Assembly (NCBI GenBank): GCA_964016885.1
Contig: OZ024762.1
Location: forward strand, 26,288,001-26,352,000
Length of the DNA stretch: 64,000 nt
Direction of reading: 5' to 3'
DNA from: Eledone cirrhosa
Taxonomy: Eukaryota
Position 1 is the first letter of the stretch. The number at the start of each line of letters is the position of its first letter. Both the position numbers and the translations under genes were made by a program. This document shows positions 30,828 through 43,862 of the stretch, one piece after another. Under the pieces are notes generated by a model. The model was not told the DNA's origin. It was given only the letters and a program-made list of their open reading frames with translations, and did not search any database.

Positions 30828-30878
30828 GATAGATAGATAGATAGATAGGTAGATAGATAGATAAACGGCTAGACAAAC

Positions 30879-30919
<41 letters not shown>

Positions 30920-30920
30920 T

Positions 30921-30967
<47 letters not shown>

Positions 30968-30976
30968 GATAGATAT
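30828..30976. repeat. (GATA)n tract, the presumed original target of the Tx1 stack
   Basis: Seen directly. Confidence 0.95.
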
Positions 30977-31039
30977 AATAAGATCATGTCGGTGGTTGGG
31001 GATAGGTTGGTTGAGCGATGGGGTGGTGGTGGTGATGAT

Positions 31040-33952
31040 GATTATCATTAACATCATAGACATTACAATGATCATCATCATCGTCATCATGAAGATCATC
31101 ACCATTTTCCTCAACTGAATCATCATCATCATGATCAACATCATCAGCACCCTTATCATCACAATCACTATCGCCAAGACCATAAAAGTCGTCACCATCG
31201 TTATCACTATCATCACCATCATCACCACCACCATCATCATCACCATCATCACCTCCATCATCATCATCATCAACAACATCACCAACATAACCATCATCAT
31301 TTTTACCATCATCATCATTGACGTCATTACCACAACCATCATTATCACCCCCAGCAGCAACAACATCACCACCAACACCACCATTATCACCATCACCAAC
31401 CACCACCACACCACCACCACCAACCACCACCACCAACACCACACCACGACCACCACCACACCACCACCACCAACCACCACCACACCACCACCACCATACC
31501 ACCACCACACCACCGCCACTACACCACCACTACACCACCACCACACCACCGCCACATCACGACCACCACACCACCACCACACCACCACCACCACACCACC
31601 ACCAACATAACACCACCACCACCACCACCACACCACCACCAACACAACACCACCACCACACCACCACCGCCACACCACCACCACCACACCACCACCACCA
31701 CACCACCACCATACCACCACCACCACACCACCACCACCAACCACCACCACACCACCACCACCAGACCAACACCATACCACCTCCACCACACCACCACCAC
31801 CACACCACCACCACCACACCACCACCGCACCACCATCACCACCAACAGCACACCACCATCACACCACCACCGCCACACAACCACCACCACACCACCACCA
31901 CCACACCACCATCACACCACCACCGCCACACAACCACCACACCACCACCACATCACCACCACACCACACCACCACCACATCACCACCACACTATCACCAC
32001 CACACTACCACCATACCACCACCACCACACACCACCACACCACCAACACCAACAGCACACCACCACCACCACCACCAGCACCGCCACACCACCACCACCA
32101 CACCACCACCACACTACCACCACACCACCACCACACCACCACCACATCACCACCACAGCACCACCACCACCACCACACCACCAACACCACACCAACACCA
32201 CACCACCACCACACCACCACCACACCACCACCACACCACCACCACCACCACATCACCACCACAACCACCACCACACCACCACCACCACAACCACACCACC
32301 ACCACCAAACCACCACTACACCACCAACACCACCACCACACAACCACCACACCACCAGCACCACCACACCACCACCACCACACCACAACCACACCACCAT
32401 CACCACACCACCACCACACCACCACCACCACCACACCACCACCACCACCACCACACCGCCACCACCACACCACCACTACACCACCACCACACCACCACCA
32501 CACCACCACCACACCACCACCACCACAACCACCACCACCACACCACCACCACACCACCACCCCACCACCACCACACCATACCACACCACCACCGCACCAC
32601 CACCACACCACCACCACCACACCACCACACCACCACCACACCACCACCACCACCACAACACCACCACCACACCACCACTACACCACCACCACACCACCAT
32701 CACACCACCACCACCACACCACCACCACACCACCACCACACCACCACCACCACCACATCACCACCACAACCACCACCACACCACCACCACCACAACCACA
32801 CCACCACCACCAAACCACCACTACACCACCACCACCACCACCACACAACCACCACACCACCACCACCACCACACCACCACCACACCACCACCACCACACC
32901 ACAACCACACCACCATCACCACATCACCACCACACCACCACCACCACCACACCACCACCACCACCACCACACCGCCACCACCACACCACCACTACACCAC
33001 CACCACACCACCACCACACCACCACACCACCACCACACCACCACCACCACCACCACCACACCGCCACCACACCACCACCACCACCACACCACCACCACAC
33101 CACCACCACACCAGCACCACCACCACACCATACCACACCACCACCACACCACCACCACACCACCACACCACCACACCACCACACCACCACACCACCACCA
33201 CACCACCACCACCACCACCACAGCACCACACCACCACCATACCACCACCACCACGCCACCACCACCACCACCACTACACCACCACCACCACACCACCACC
33301 ACCACCACACCACTACCACACCACCACCACCACACCACCACAACATCACCACCACACCACTACCACACGACCACCACACCGCCACCACCACCACAACACC
33401 ACCACCACCACACCGCCACCACATCACCACCACACCACCACACCACCACACCACCACACCACCACCACACCACCACCACCACGCCACCACCACCACCACC
33501 ACACCACCACCACCACCACACCACCACCACCACCACACCACTACCACCACACCACCACCACCACACCACTACCACACGACCACTACACCGCCACCACCAC
33601 CACAACACCACCACCACCACCACCACCACCACCACCACCACACCACCACACCACACCACCACCTCCACACCACCACCACACCACCACCACCACCACCACC
33701 ACACAACCACCACCACACCACAACCACACCACCACCACACAACCACACCACCACCACCACCACACCACCACCACCACCACACAACCACCACCACACCACA
33801 ACCACACCACCACCACACAACCACACCACCACCACCACCACCACCACCACACCACCACCACCACCACACCACCACCACCACCACCACACCACCACCACCA
33901 CCACCACATAACCACACCACCACACCACCACCACCACACCACCACCACCAAC
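31040..33952. repeat. (CAT)n grading into a long (CCA/CCACA)n tract
   Basis: Seen directly. It explains the 899-aa Pro/His/Thr ORF. Confidence 0.95.
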
Positions 33953-34097
33953 AGTCAGTACCATTACAATTTGATTTCACCAAGTTATCACAAAAAGAAA
34001 TCGTTATAGCAAATTGAAAATTTAATTTCTATTTCAGGCGTCATAGAATCAACATTTGTTGCGTTGCATCGTTAACAGATCAACTTATAATTACATC

Positions 34098-34175
<78 letters not shown>

Positions 34176-34276
34176 CACACACACATATATATATATATAC
34201 ATATATATACATATGTATGTATATATATATATACATATATATACATATGTATGTATATATATATATATATATATAT

Positions 34277-34307
<31 letters not shown>

Positions 34308-34312
34308 CATAC

Positions 34313-34350
<38 letters not shown>

Positions 34351-35580
34351 GTATGTATATATATATATATATGTATGTATATATATATATGTATGTATAT
34401 ATATATATATATATAAACATATATATACATATGTATATATTTATATCTATATATATATATGTATATATATGTATATATATAAATATATATACATAGGTAC
34501 ATAGAAAACTGCATGTATACGCGTGCATATGTATATATGTATCTGTGTGTATGTGTGTATCTAAGTGTGTGTGTGTATATATATATATATACATATGTGC
34601 GCCATTGACAAGAGCAAAATGAGTTGGCAACAACCGATATCCTATTACCAAAAAAGGAAATGCATATGCAAATATATATTCTTACACAAAAATGAGTGCC
34701 TATCTGTATATATATAAAATTAAGTATGTGTGTCTGTGTATTACCTATAGGGCCCTACATCTTACGACCGATTTTCATGAAACTTTACAGGCTCATAGAT
34801 TAGTCATCGGGGAGTGTTTTCTATATCTCAGCGTATCGTTTTTTTTATTCAGGGGTCATTAAATATTCAAAAATAAGTCAACCAAATACACAAAATCTTA
34901 GTTAAAACAAATTAAAGGTAAATCTTGATACTTAAGAAGCAGGACTGAGAGGAATTATTTCCCTTTGATAGTTACTCTAATCGGTTAAAACAATTGCCAC
35001 ACAATGACAAATGACTTCTTGGTCGCTCTACCAGCTAAAAATACATTGATCAAAATATTTAAGTAAAATCATCTTAAGAATCATCAACACCTATCATGAG
35101 ACATTACTAATGAAAAAGTACGAATGTAGGAGAAATCGTCAATTCATATAAACTTTCACCGTTAACTCAGCAGACGACATCACTCCTACACTCCTACATC
35201 GATCTGTATGATAATTCTCTCTCTCTCTCTCTATTATTATATATAATCTTTCTCTCTATTTTATATCTGTATATATATATTATATATATATAAAATTATA
35301 TACGATTTCACTCAACATTGCGCCATTTTCTACATCTTACGACCGAATTTCAAGAAACTCGCCAGCTCATGAATTTTCAACCAGGTTTTATTCCTACTTG
35401 AACTCCGTTCATCCCAGTTCACACTATTGACCTCTACTACAGCCGGGTGTCAACGATAATTCTTTAACTTTGTAAGTCTGTGATAAATGGTTACTTTGTA
35501 CAATATGGCTATACGGTTCTCTGCATTAATCTCTTTCATGGGTGCTATTGCAGATGTGCTTAAACTACTCTTTAGATAAT

Positions 35581-35766
35581 TGTCTCTACTTTTTGGCACA
35601 AGGCCAGCAATTGTTCCAGTGTATTACTGGTACTTTATTTTATCGACCCCGTAAGGATGAAAGGCAAAGTTAACCTCGGCAGGATTTGAACTCAGTCTGT
35701 AAAGGGACGTAACTGTGCTACAAAGCATGGCGTCCGACCCTCTACCGATACTGTCAATCCACCGCC
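35581..35766 (-). mobile_element. Full-length SINE family 1 copy with 16-bp target-site duplication
   Basis: CTACTCTTTAGATAAT occurs at 35565-35580 and 35767-35782. Confidence 0.92.
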
Positions 35767-35780
35767 CTACTCTTTAGATA

Positions 35781-36606
35781 ATGCCTCCGAAGAAGAGTAA
35801 CAAAATTGGTCGGAAAACGGCACAAGGCAGAAGTATGACAAATAGACGAGTAAGTGGCCACTACAAAATGCTGAAATGAGACGAATCTAGAAACGCAATG
35901 TCCTGAAACGGAGGATCGGCGCGTCCGCAGACAGACAAGAGACGCTGTGTCGAAGGCCAGTGCACGAGCTTCTGAAAATGAGGGTCAGCGCGTTCGCAGA
36001 CAAAGAAGAACCGCAATGTCGACGGCCAGTGCACGAGTTTCTGAAAATGAGGATCAGCGCGTTCGCAGACAAAGAAGAACCGAAATGTCGACGGCCAGTG
36101 CACGAGTTTCTGAAAATGAGGGTCAGCGCGTTCGCAGACAAAGAAGAACCGCAATGTCGAAGGCCACTGCACGGGCTACGGAGACATCAACCGAAAGGCG
36201 TGATCGGTTGCAGAGTAATCTTCAAAGAAGGCTTTCCAGAAATGGTCTTTCAAGGCCTTCCGGTTCGCGATGGCTACTTAAGGTGTTTGAATATAGCCCA
36301 ACCTTCAATTATGCCACCCATTCTGATGTGATCATTGGCGATATATCCACCATTTGCACCTACTGCAATGCCATGAAGTGGCCAGGTGAACCATCTGGGA
36401 TGTGCTGCGCGAAAGGAAAGGTCAGCTTACCTTTCCTCATTGATCCACCTCAGCCATTGAAGACGTATCTGGCAGGTGAAACAGCGGAGTCTAAGCACTT
36501 CCTTGAAAATATCCGGAAATACAGCTGCACCTTTCAGATGACATCATTTGGAGCAAACATTGCTAAGAAAGACGGTTTCATGCCTACATTTAAAGTCCAG
36601 GGGCAA
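35781..36606 (+). pseudogene. Helitron RepHel N-terminal fragment with three 69-bp coding repeats
   Basis: CTYCNAMKWPGEPSGMCCAKGKV..HFLENIRKY..FQMTSFGA..GFMPTFKVQGQ is the typical RepHel zinc-finger region. Repeats start at 35948, 36017 and 36086. Confidence 0.87.
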
Positions 36607-36804
36607 CTGTGTGTGGCCATAGATGAGTCATCGAGAAGCAGTCGCTAAGATCAACACCTTTTCATCAAAGCAGATATTATTTTACCTACCCAGGCAACGC
36701 TGGGTACTGGTGCTAGTATATATATATATATATATATAAATGTAAATATATATATATATATATATATTTAAACTTATGTGTGTATATATATATATATATT
36801 AAAA

Positions 36805-36952
<148 letters not shown>

Positions 36953-37090
36953 ATATATATATATATATATATAGTTATATATATATATTAACTATATATA
37001 TATGTATATATATGTATATTAACTATATATATATATATATAGTTAAATAAGATAACAAGGACGATTGGTTACTCCTTCATGACGTTTAAT

Positions 37091-37181
37091 GGTTGGTGAC
37101 GCGCGTTTCGCCACTGACCAGCTCAAGGTTTGATCTGTATCGATCTGACCTGACTCTGTAATCCGCGGTTCGTCAGACCCC
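37091..37181 (-). ncRNA. Type I hammerhead ribozyme motif with a very long stem II
   Basis: Minus strand: GGGGT CTGACGA [60-nt hairpin] GAAA CGCGCG TC ACCAACC. Confidence 0.7.
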
Positions 37182-37207
37182 TCGTAATTTGTATAATTAT
37201 TATATAT

Positions 37208-37515
37208 TCTTCTTCTTCTTCTTCTTCTTCTTCTTCTTCTTCTTCTTCTTCTTCTTCTTCTTCTCCCACTTATTCCTGAGAGGGTTCTGGGGTCCATAAA
37301 CACTCCTTCCAGTGGGGTCCTGCCAGAAACAGCCGTCTCCAACTGATCCAGCTGGATCATCAAACGACACCAGCCGAGATTATGGTTTTTATCCCACCCT
37401 CTTGCTGTAGATCTACCCCTGGGTAACCTACCACTCTATTTTGGCTTGTACAATGTACCCATCTTTTCTTTCCGCAGACTCTCCAACCCCATGTTCGTGA
37501 TATCGGAGCTGTGTA
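37208..37515 (-). mobile_element. 3' end of an RTE-like LINE with (AAG)n tail
   Basis: Minus strand encodes a decayed IVQAKIE..RLPRGRS..W-D motif resembling RTE C-termini, followed by a 3' UTR and (AAG)n. Confidence 0.55.
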
Positions 37516-37570
37516 CTGCCTCTCTCTCTCTCTCTCTCTCTATCCCACCCATTCTCTCTCTATTTTCACC

Positions 37571-37667
<97 letters not shown>

Positions 37668-37737
37668 TTATTATATATATATATATTATATATATTTCAG
37701 ATAAAGAATCTTGCTAAACAAATTCAGAAACGAAATA

Positions 37738-37768
<31 letters not shown>

Positions 37769-38344
37769 GTGTATATATATATTTGTGTGTGTATATATAT
37801 ATATATGATATATGTATATATATATATATAATATATATGCATATATATATATTTATATTATATATATGTATATATATATCAGATATGTATATATATGATT
37901 ATATATATAATATATATATATATACACACACTTTCTCTCTCTCTCACACAAACACACACACCCAATATTGATGGATGTAGAGTGAGGGACATTTAGACAG
38001 TGGCGACGCCTATTGTCAATTAGTTTGAGGCTTCGCAGAGCTCTTTATAGAAACGTGGCAATCCCTCAAAGATTACCCATAATTACATACAAACATATAC
38101 ATACATACATAGATACATACATACACACATACATACATACATATATAGATACATACATACACACATACATACATACATACATACATACATACATACATAC
38201 ATACATACATACATACATACATACATACATGCTTACATGCTCATATATGTATAAACACACTTTCACACACCATCCTACCCACTCATATTATATATATACA
38301 TATGTATATATATGTCTCTCTCTCTCTTTCACTGTGTATCTCCC

Positions 38345-38427
<83 letters not shown>

Positions 38428-38451
38428 CGAAATGTCTTGCTGTGTTGTTGC

Positions 38452-38517
<66 letters not shown>

Positions 38518-38957
38518 GCGCGTGTGCGTGTGCATGTATATATACATGTTTATGCACACACATAAATTCATGCAGACCATGTAGCGCACACTTCCACAGT
38601 ACATAGCATACATTATACACTTCAGTACATAACTCCCATACATATATTTAAGTACATGTACGCATGCGCACGACATCTATTGGCATGTCACATTTTGACA
38701 TGTATATTGAAAGTTAGCTGTACCATCTCCACGTAATCCATTAGTGCGTCTGAAGTCACTGATTATGTTCAACAAATCTTCACTCTGCTTTCTTCCTAAA
38801 CCGGATTAGCGTTCCATTAAATGTGGTCTTGTTTCCGCTTCTGAAAATAGGTTACGTAAATTCTCTCGATATTTCCGTAATTATATTATATCATGTACTA
38901 CTGCTGCTATTACTACTAATACTACTAATACTACTACTGCTGCTATTATTATTATTA

Positions 38958-39322
38958 TTGGATTGGCAGTATCGATCTGAGTTTAAATCCCGCTGGGGTT
39001 AAATTTGCCTTTCATCCTTACGGGGTCGATTAAATAAAGTACCAGTAATACACTGGGTAATTGCTGGCCTTGTGCCTAAAGTAGAAACAATTATTATTAT
39101 TGATATTGGTGGTGGATTGGCAGTATCGGTAGAGGGTCGGACGCCATGCTTTCCAGCATAGTTACGTCCCTTTACGATCTGAGTTCAAATCCCGCCGAGG
39201 TTGACATTGCCTTTCATCCTTACGGGGTCGATAAAATAAAATACCAGTAATGCACTGGGATAATTGTTGGCCTTGTGCCCAAAAGTAGAATCAATTATCA
39301 TTATTATTATTGTTATTATTAT
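38958..39322 (+). mobile_element. Two tandem SINE family 1 copies with (ATT)n tails
   Basis: Same head, core and tail motifs as 35581-35766. Confidence 0.88.
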
Positions 39323-41463
39323 TGGTCTAACCAGACTTCTTTTGCTCGCTCCGAGTCGCTTTATTTGCCTGTTAAAATTATTTGTTGTTAAATATTTCTT
39401 ATTGTGTAAGGGATATAAACCCTTAGACTTTGCCCTGTGAAGGGGAAAGTATAATATTTGGGCCTTTTGGCCCAAATATTTGAACATTTTACTTAAAAAA
39501 AAAAATATTAAATAAAACATGGCTGAGCCACGCCCCCCCCCCCCCCACCCCCTCCCTCCCCCAGCAATATGTCTGCTGTCGTGTGACAACGGCGTAAAAC
39601 TTGGGAGGAGGGTTAGTGAAATTCATGCATACAACAGACACCACCACAAACAACGTGAACAAAGACAACAACACTGAGAAAACTAATTTTGAAAAATGAC
39701 CACACCAAGTACAACAATAACAGCGTCAACCAAAATACAGACAATAGAAGAAAAATGACAACAAATGCAACAACGATATTAAGAAGAAAATAAACGAGAA
39801 CACCAACATCAATAATACAAATTGCACCGAAAACAACAACAATGGTGGCACCAAAAACACAACCAGCTACAACAGTGATAACACCAACAACACCAGCAAT
39901 ACCTTTTGTAGCAGTAGCAACAGCAACAACACCAACAACAAGAGCAGTAGCAGCAGTAGCGGCAGCAATAATGGTGCCGATGAAAAAGGGGCCACTTCTT
40001 TTGTAGGTGTGGTCCGAAATATAGAGACAGTTCTAGTCACGGAGGAGGAGATGGCATTCGAAAGAGCATGGTGTCGAGAAACGACAATAGAGTTTCTCTG
40101 AAACCTCCACCCGATTTGGTCAAAGACCAGCAGCTACGCACGGTGACATACCGCACCGTAAGCAAAATGTCACATCGGGTGGAGAGAGCCACGGAGGCTC
40201 AAATCCCCAAACCCTTGGGGTGCGTCTGGGCGCGCAAAACCCGCATCCCCGAGGCAAAAAGTATTCCAGAGTAGACGTACCCCCCCCCCCAGAGGCGAAG
40301 TCTCACTCTTTGGAGACCCTAAAGAGTGAGGAGATAGTCTTGGTGCCCTCCTACTGCGGGCAGAAAATTGTGAGGGTCATAGTGACCCAGGTCCCGCCGA
40401 CGTGCCCATACCTTGGCTGGCCGCGTCTGTACTGGCTGGATTCGAGGAGAAGACCACCATCCGGCAAATACAGACCGCATCGGATCTTCCAGATCGTATT
40501 TAGATAGGGTATTCTGTAGGGAAACAGATAAGGCTAGTGTAGGTTGTCCACAATTTAAAGTAGTCGACTACACGGACCACAAATTTGTGATCTGGGAAGT
40601 TGACTTAGATAGACTCCATAGGCAAGGGCCCGGCTACTGGAAGCTGAACGCGTCGTTCCCGGCGCGCAAGGCCTACAGAGACCGGATTAGCGAATTAGTT
40701 AAGCGTGCGTTGACGGGTGCGATCGTCAACAACAGGTGGTGGTTTACCCTGAAAGGGCTATTAGAGTAGAATCGATAAGGTTTAGCAAAGGAGTAGTGAT
40801 AGAGGAAAATAGAGTAGAGGGAGAGGTAGTTAGAAAGCTAGAAGAGGCTTTTAGGACAGGCATCGCCACCGACGTGCTTGCGGCGAGATTGGCACTCGAC
40901 CAATTCTTTAACGCAAAGCATGAAGGCAGCGTTGTCAGAGCTAGAGTGCGTGCTCTAAGACAAGAGGGGACGAAGGCCGTTCAATGGGCCCGGGTGGTGG
41001 AGTCGCAACGTGGCAACAAGTCCACAATTCGGTCTTTGCCTGAGTCAAAACGGGCGCATGTTGCTCGAACCCTAGCAGATGTGTGCGGCTTTTCAACAGC
41101 CCTTTGCTCAATCTTTTCGGGAGCGGCGGCGGGCCGGATCGGAGTATGGACTTCGGTGCATACCTCAACGGACTGTCGCGGCTCTTGAAGACCGCAGCGC
41201 AGTGCTGCGAAAAGCCGATAACAGCAGGTGAAATACGGGAAGCGATGTCTGACTGCACGAGGAGTAAATCACTAGGTTTGGATGGTCTGCCCTACGAGCG
41301 TATATGCCAGACTTGTTCGGCGACCTCTTGGCAGATGTCTACTGCAACTGGCAGCAGAACGGGAGCATTCCCAGTTTTGTGAGCCGGGGAGCGGTGGCGC
41401 TGCTGAGAAAAGACCCGATCAAGGGGGACATTATTGACAACTTCAAGCCCATGACTCTACTCT
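39321..41463 (+). mobile_element. Tx1 copy E (sister of copy D), internally deleted and lacking its 3' half
   Basis: ORF1 RTVTYRTVSK..VERATEAQI is joined directly to ORF2 RIGSSRSYLDRVFCRE..TDHK..GPGYWKLN. It ends at NFKPMTLL in (TA)n. Confidence 0.9.
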
Positions 41464-41638
41464 ACATATGTATATGTATATATATATATATAGTAATAAT
41501 AATAAATGTGAAGACTAAAATCCAAAGAGGGTTCGATAAGGATAAATATATATCAAATATATAAGAACCCTGAGTTTCAGATCTCGTTAAGGGTGAAAGC
41601 AGCGATTCTTTGCTTAAACATTAACATTATTTTAATAA

Positions 41639-41671
<33 letters not shown>

Positions 41672-42032
41672 AGAGGGAGAGTTAATGTATTGAGTACCTA
41701 ACACAGTACGTTAGGTGCTTAATACATTAGTAGTGTGCAAACATCACGTTTAATATAGAAATGGCTTCTACAGGGCTAGAACTGTTTCATTCATAAAGGC
41801 ATTCTTTTGAATGAAACAGTACTAGTCCCATACTCTCTCTCTCATCCTCACACACACACACACACATACTCACACATAAAGGCCATATCGACCAAAGCTC
41901 TTAAACTTAGCACATAGAAACAGTACTGACTACACAAAGTAGAGTTACATTGAATATTGAAGTGTTTTTTGTGGTTATGAAAACGGAAAAGGAAGGGAAA
42001 GGCTTCTGCTGCTACTGCTGCTGTTGCTATGT

Positions 42033-42128
<96 letters not shown>

Positions 42129-42179
42129 ATGATGTATTGTAAATCTAAATGATTTTTACCGGTGAATTTCATTTATGTT

Positions 42180-43092
42180 TGCAATATATTTTTTGGATAT
42201 TAAAATATTTTATTGTAAAAAAATGCAAGTGTATTTTGTGGTTATAATAAGGAAAACGGAAGGGAAAGACGAGGGTACTAATGTAGTGGAATGGGGAGGA
42301 TGAAGGGGGTGGATGATGGGATCTGGGCCTAGGATGGGGAGCTGTTGTGGCTGCGCCTCGCAGACAAGACCGAAAAAGCATTCCCGCGGACAATGACCAA
42401 CGACACCGCTGCAACAGCCACCGCATTTCGCGGGGCTCCTTCTTCAGTCGGGCCGATGGCGTTCCGATCTTGCGGAGGAGCTCGGCAGTACGAAGTCCAA
42501 GTACGCCTGCGGTTTTCGACAGCGACCTCTGCGAAGTGGGACTGAATCCCGAACTGCAAATATAGAGGAGGAGCAGGGCAGTACGGGGTCGATGTACGTC
42601 TGAGGTCTCAATCGGCTGTACGGGGTCCAAGTACGCCAGAGGTCTAGACGGTACCGGTTAATGTAAACGGTATTGAGGCTACGTCCAGCAGACAATGGCC
42701 AGCGACACCCACTACAACAGCCACTCCCATCAGGCGTAGCTCCTTCCTCCGACTGGCCGTTAACGTTCAGATTTGGCGGAGGAGCTCGGCAGTACGGGGT
42801 CCAAGTACGACTGAAGTTTCGACGGTGACTGATGCGAAGTGGGACTTAAACCCGAACTGCGTAGAGTTGAAGCGAATCTAACTGAGGAGCTCGACAGTAC
42901 GAGGTCGACGTGCGTCTGAGGTCACAATAGGCTGTACGGAGTCAATGTACGTCTCAGGGTCGAGAGTGATTGTTGCGAAGTGGGACTGAAATTCTAATCT
43001 GCGAGTGTGTTGAAACGAGCTCAGCAGTACGGCGGTGAGAGTAAGTTTGAGGTCTTGAGAACGTCCGTTGCGAAATGGGACTGAATAGTGAA
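42180..43092 (-). mobile_element. 3' fragment of a CRE-like (restriction-like endonuclease) non-LTR element with internally amplified segments
   Basis: TAGVLGLRTAELLRKIG..EPREMRWLLQR..SLVIVRGNAFSVL, with about five diverged copies of the GAGCTCGGCAGTACG...GCGAAGTGGGACTGAA segment. Confidence 0.7.
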
Positions 43093-43392
43093 CTACGATA
43101 TGGTGAATCAAATCTCTGCATCAGATGGCCATGTCTACGATGTTGAGAGGTGGTTCTTTGCTTCAACTTTATCTTTACCATATTACATTATAATTCATAC
43201 ATAAACCATGAATTCTATTATCATTTTAATCCCGTTTATATGGTTTCATTTTAGATATAGATTTTTTGGCTCTGTAAATGTTCGGTTTAAAAAAAAAAAT
43301 CAATTAATTTTTATGGGTTTCCTTTCACAAATGTAATTACTGACAAAAGAATTTTAGAAGAAATGATGAAAATACATAACTGCAACCAGGAA

Positions 43393-43474
<82 letters not shown>

Positions 43475-43521
43475 ATATACACGTGTGCGTGTATGTATAT
43501 ATGTATATATATATATGTATG

Positions 43522-43586
<65 letters not shown>

Positions 43587-43862
43587 ATATATGCGTATAT
43601 ATATATATATGCGTATATATATGTATGTATGTATATATATATATGTATGTATATAACCAATGTGGTAGTGTAGTTAAGAAGTTCCATTCTTTAAAACGAG
43701 ATTGTGTATTCGATGTGTATAACTTCGGTAAGTTTTGATAGCTATAGTTAAATAAAGCCCAGTCTGTTGATTTTAGTTGGCAGAAGATGTGCAAAAGACC
43801 ACCTCGTATATAAAGTGGGCGGACATAGCCTACATAATATGAAGTAGAATGTATATAGTTTG

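Larger units (their letters stand above)
34703..36716 (+). mobile_element. Internally deleted (non-autonomous) Helitron
   Basis: Starts A|TCTGTATATATATAAAA. Ends with the hairpin TACCCAG-GCAACG-CTGGGTA, then CTAG|T. Contains a RepHel N-terminal fragment. Confidence 0.9.

Noticed and set aside
31318-34017. 899-aa Pro/His/Thr ORF, and similar ORFs at 11.5-12.7, 46-47 and 48.5-49.5 kb
   Set aside because: Stop-free trinucleotide tracts open in several frames, with no unique domain or splice evidence.
42420-43092. CRISPR-like repeat-spacer pattern (also 46.7-47.3 kb)
   Set aside because: The repeats are diverged and irregular, the intervening sequences are related to each other, the context is eukaryotic, and there are no cas genes.
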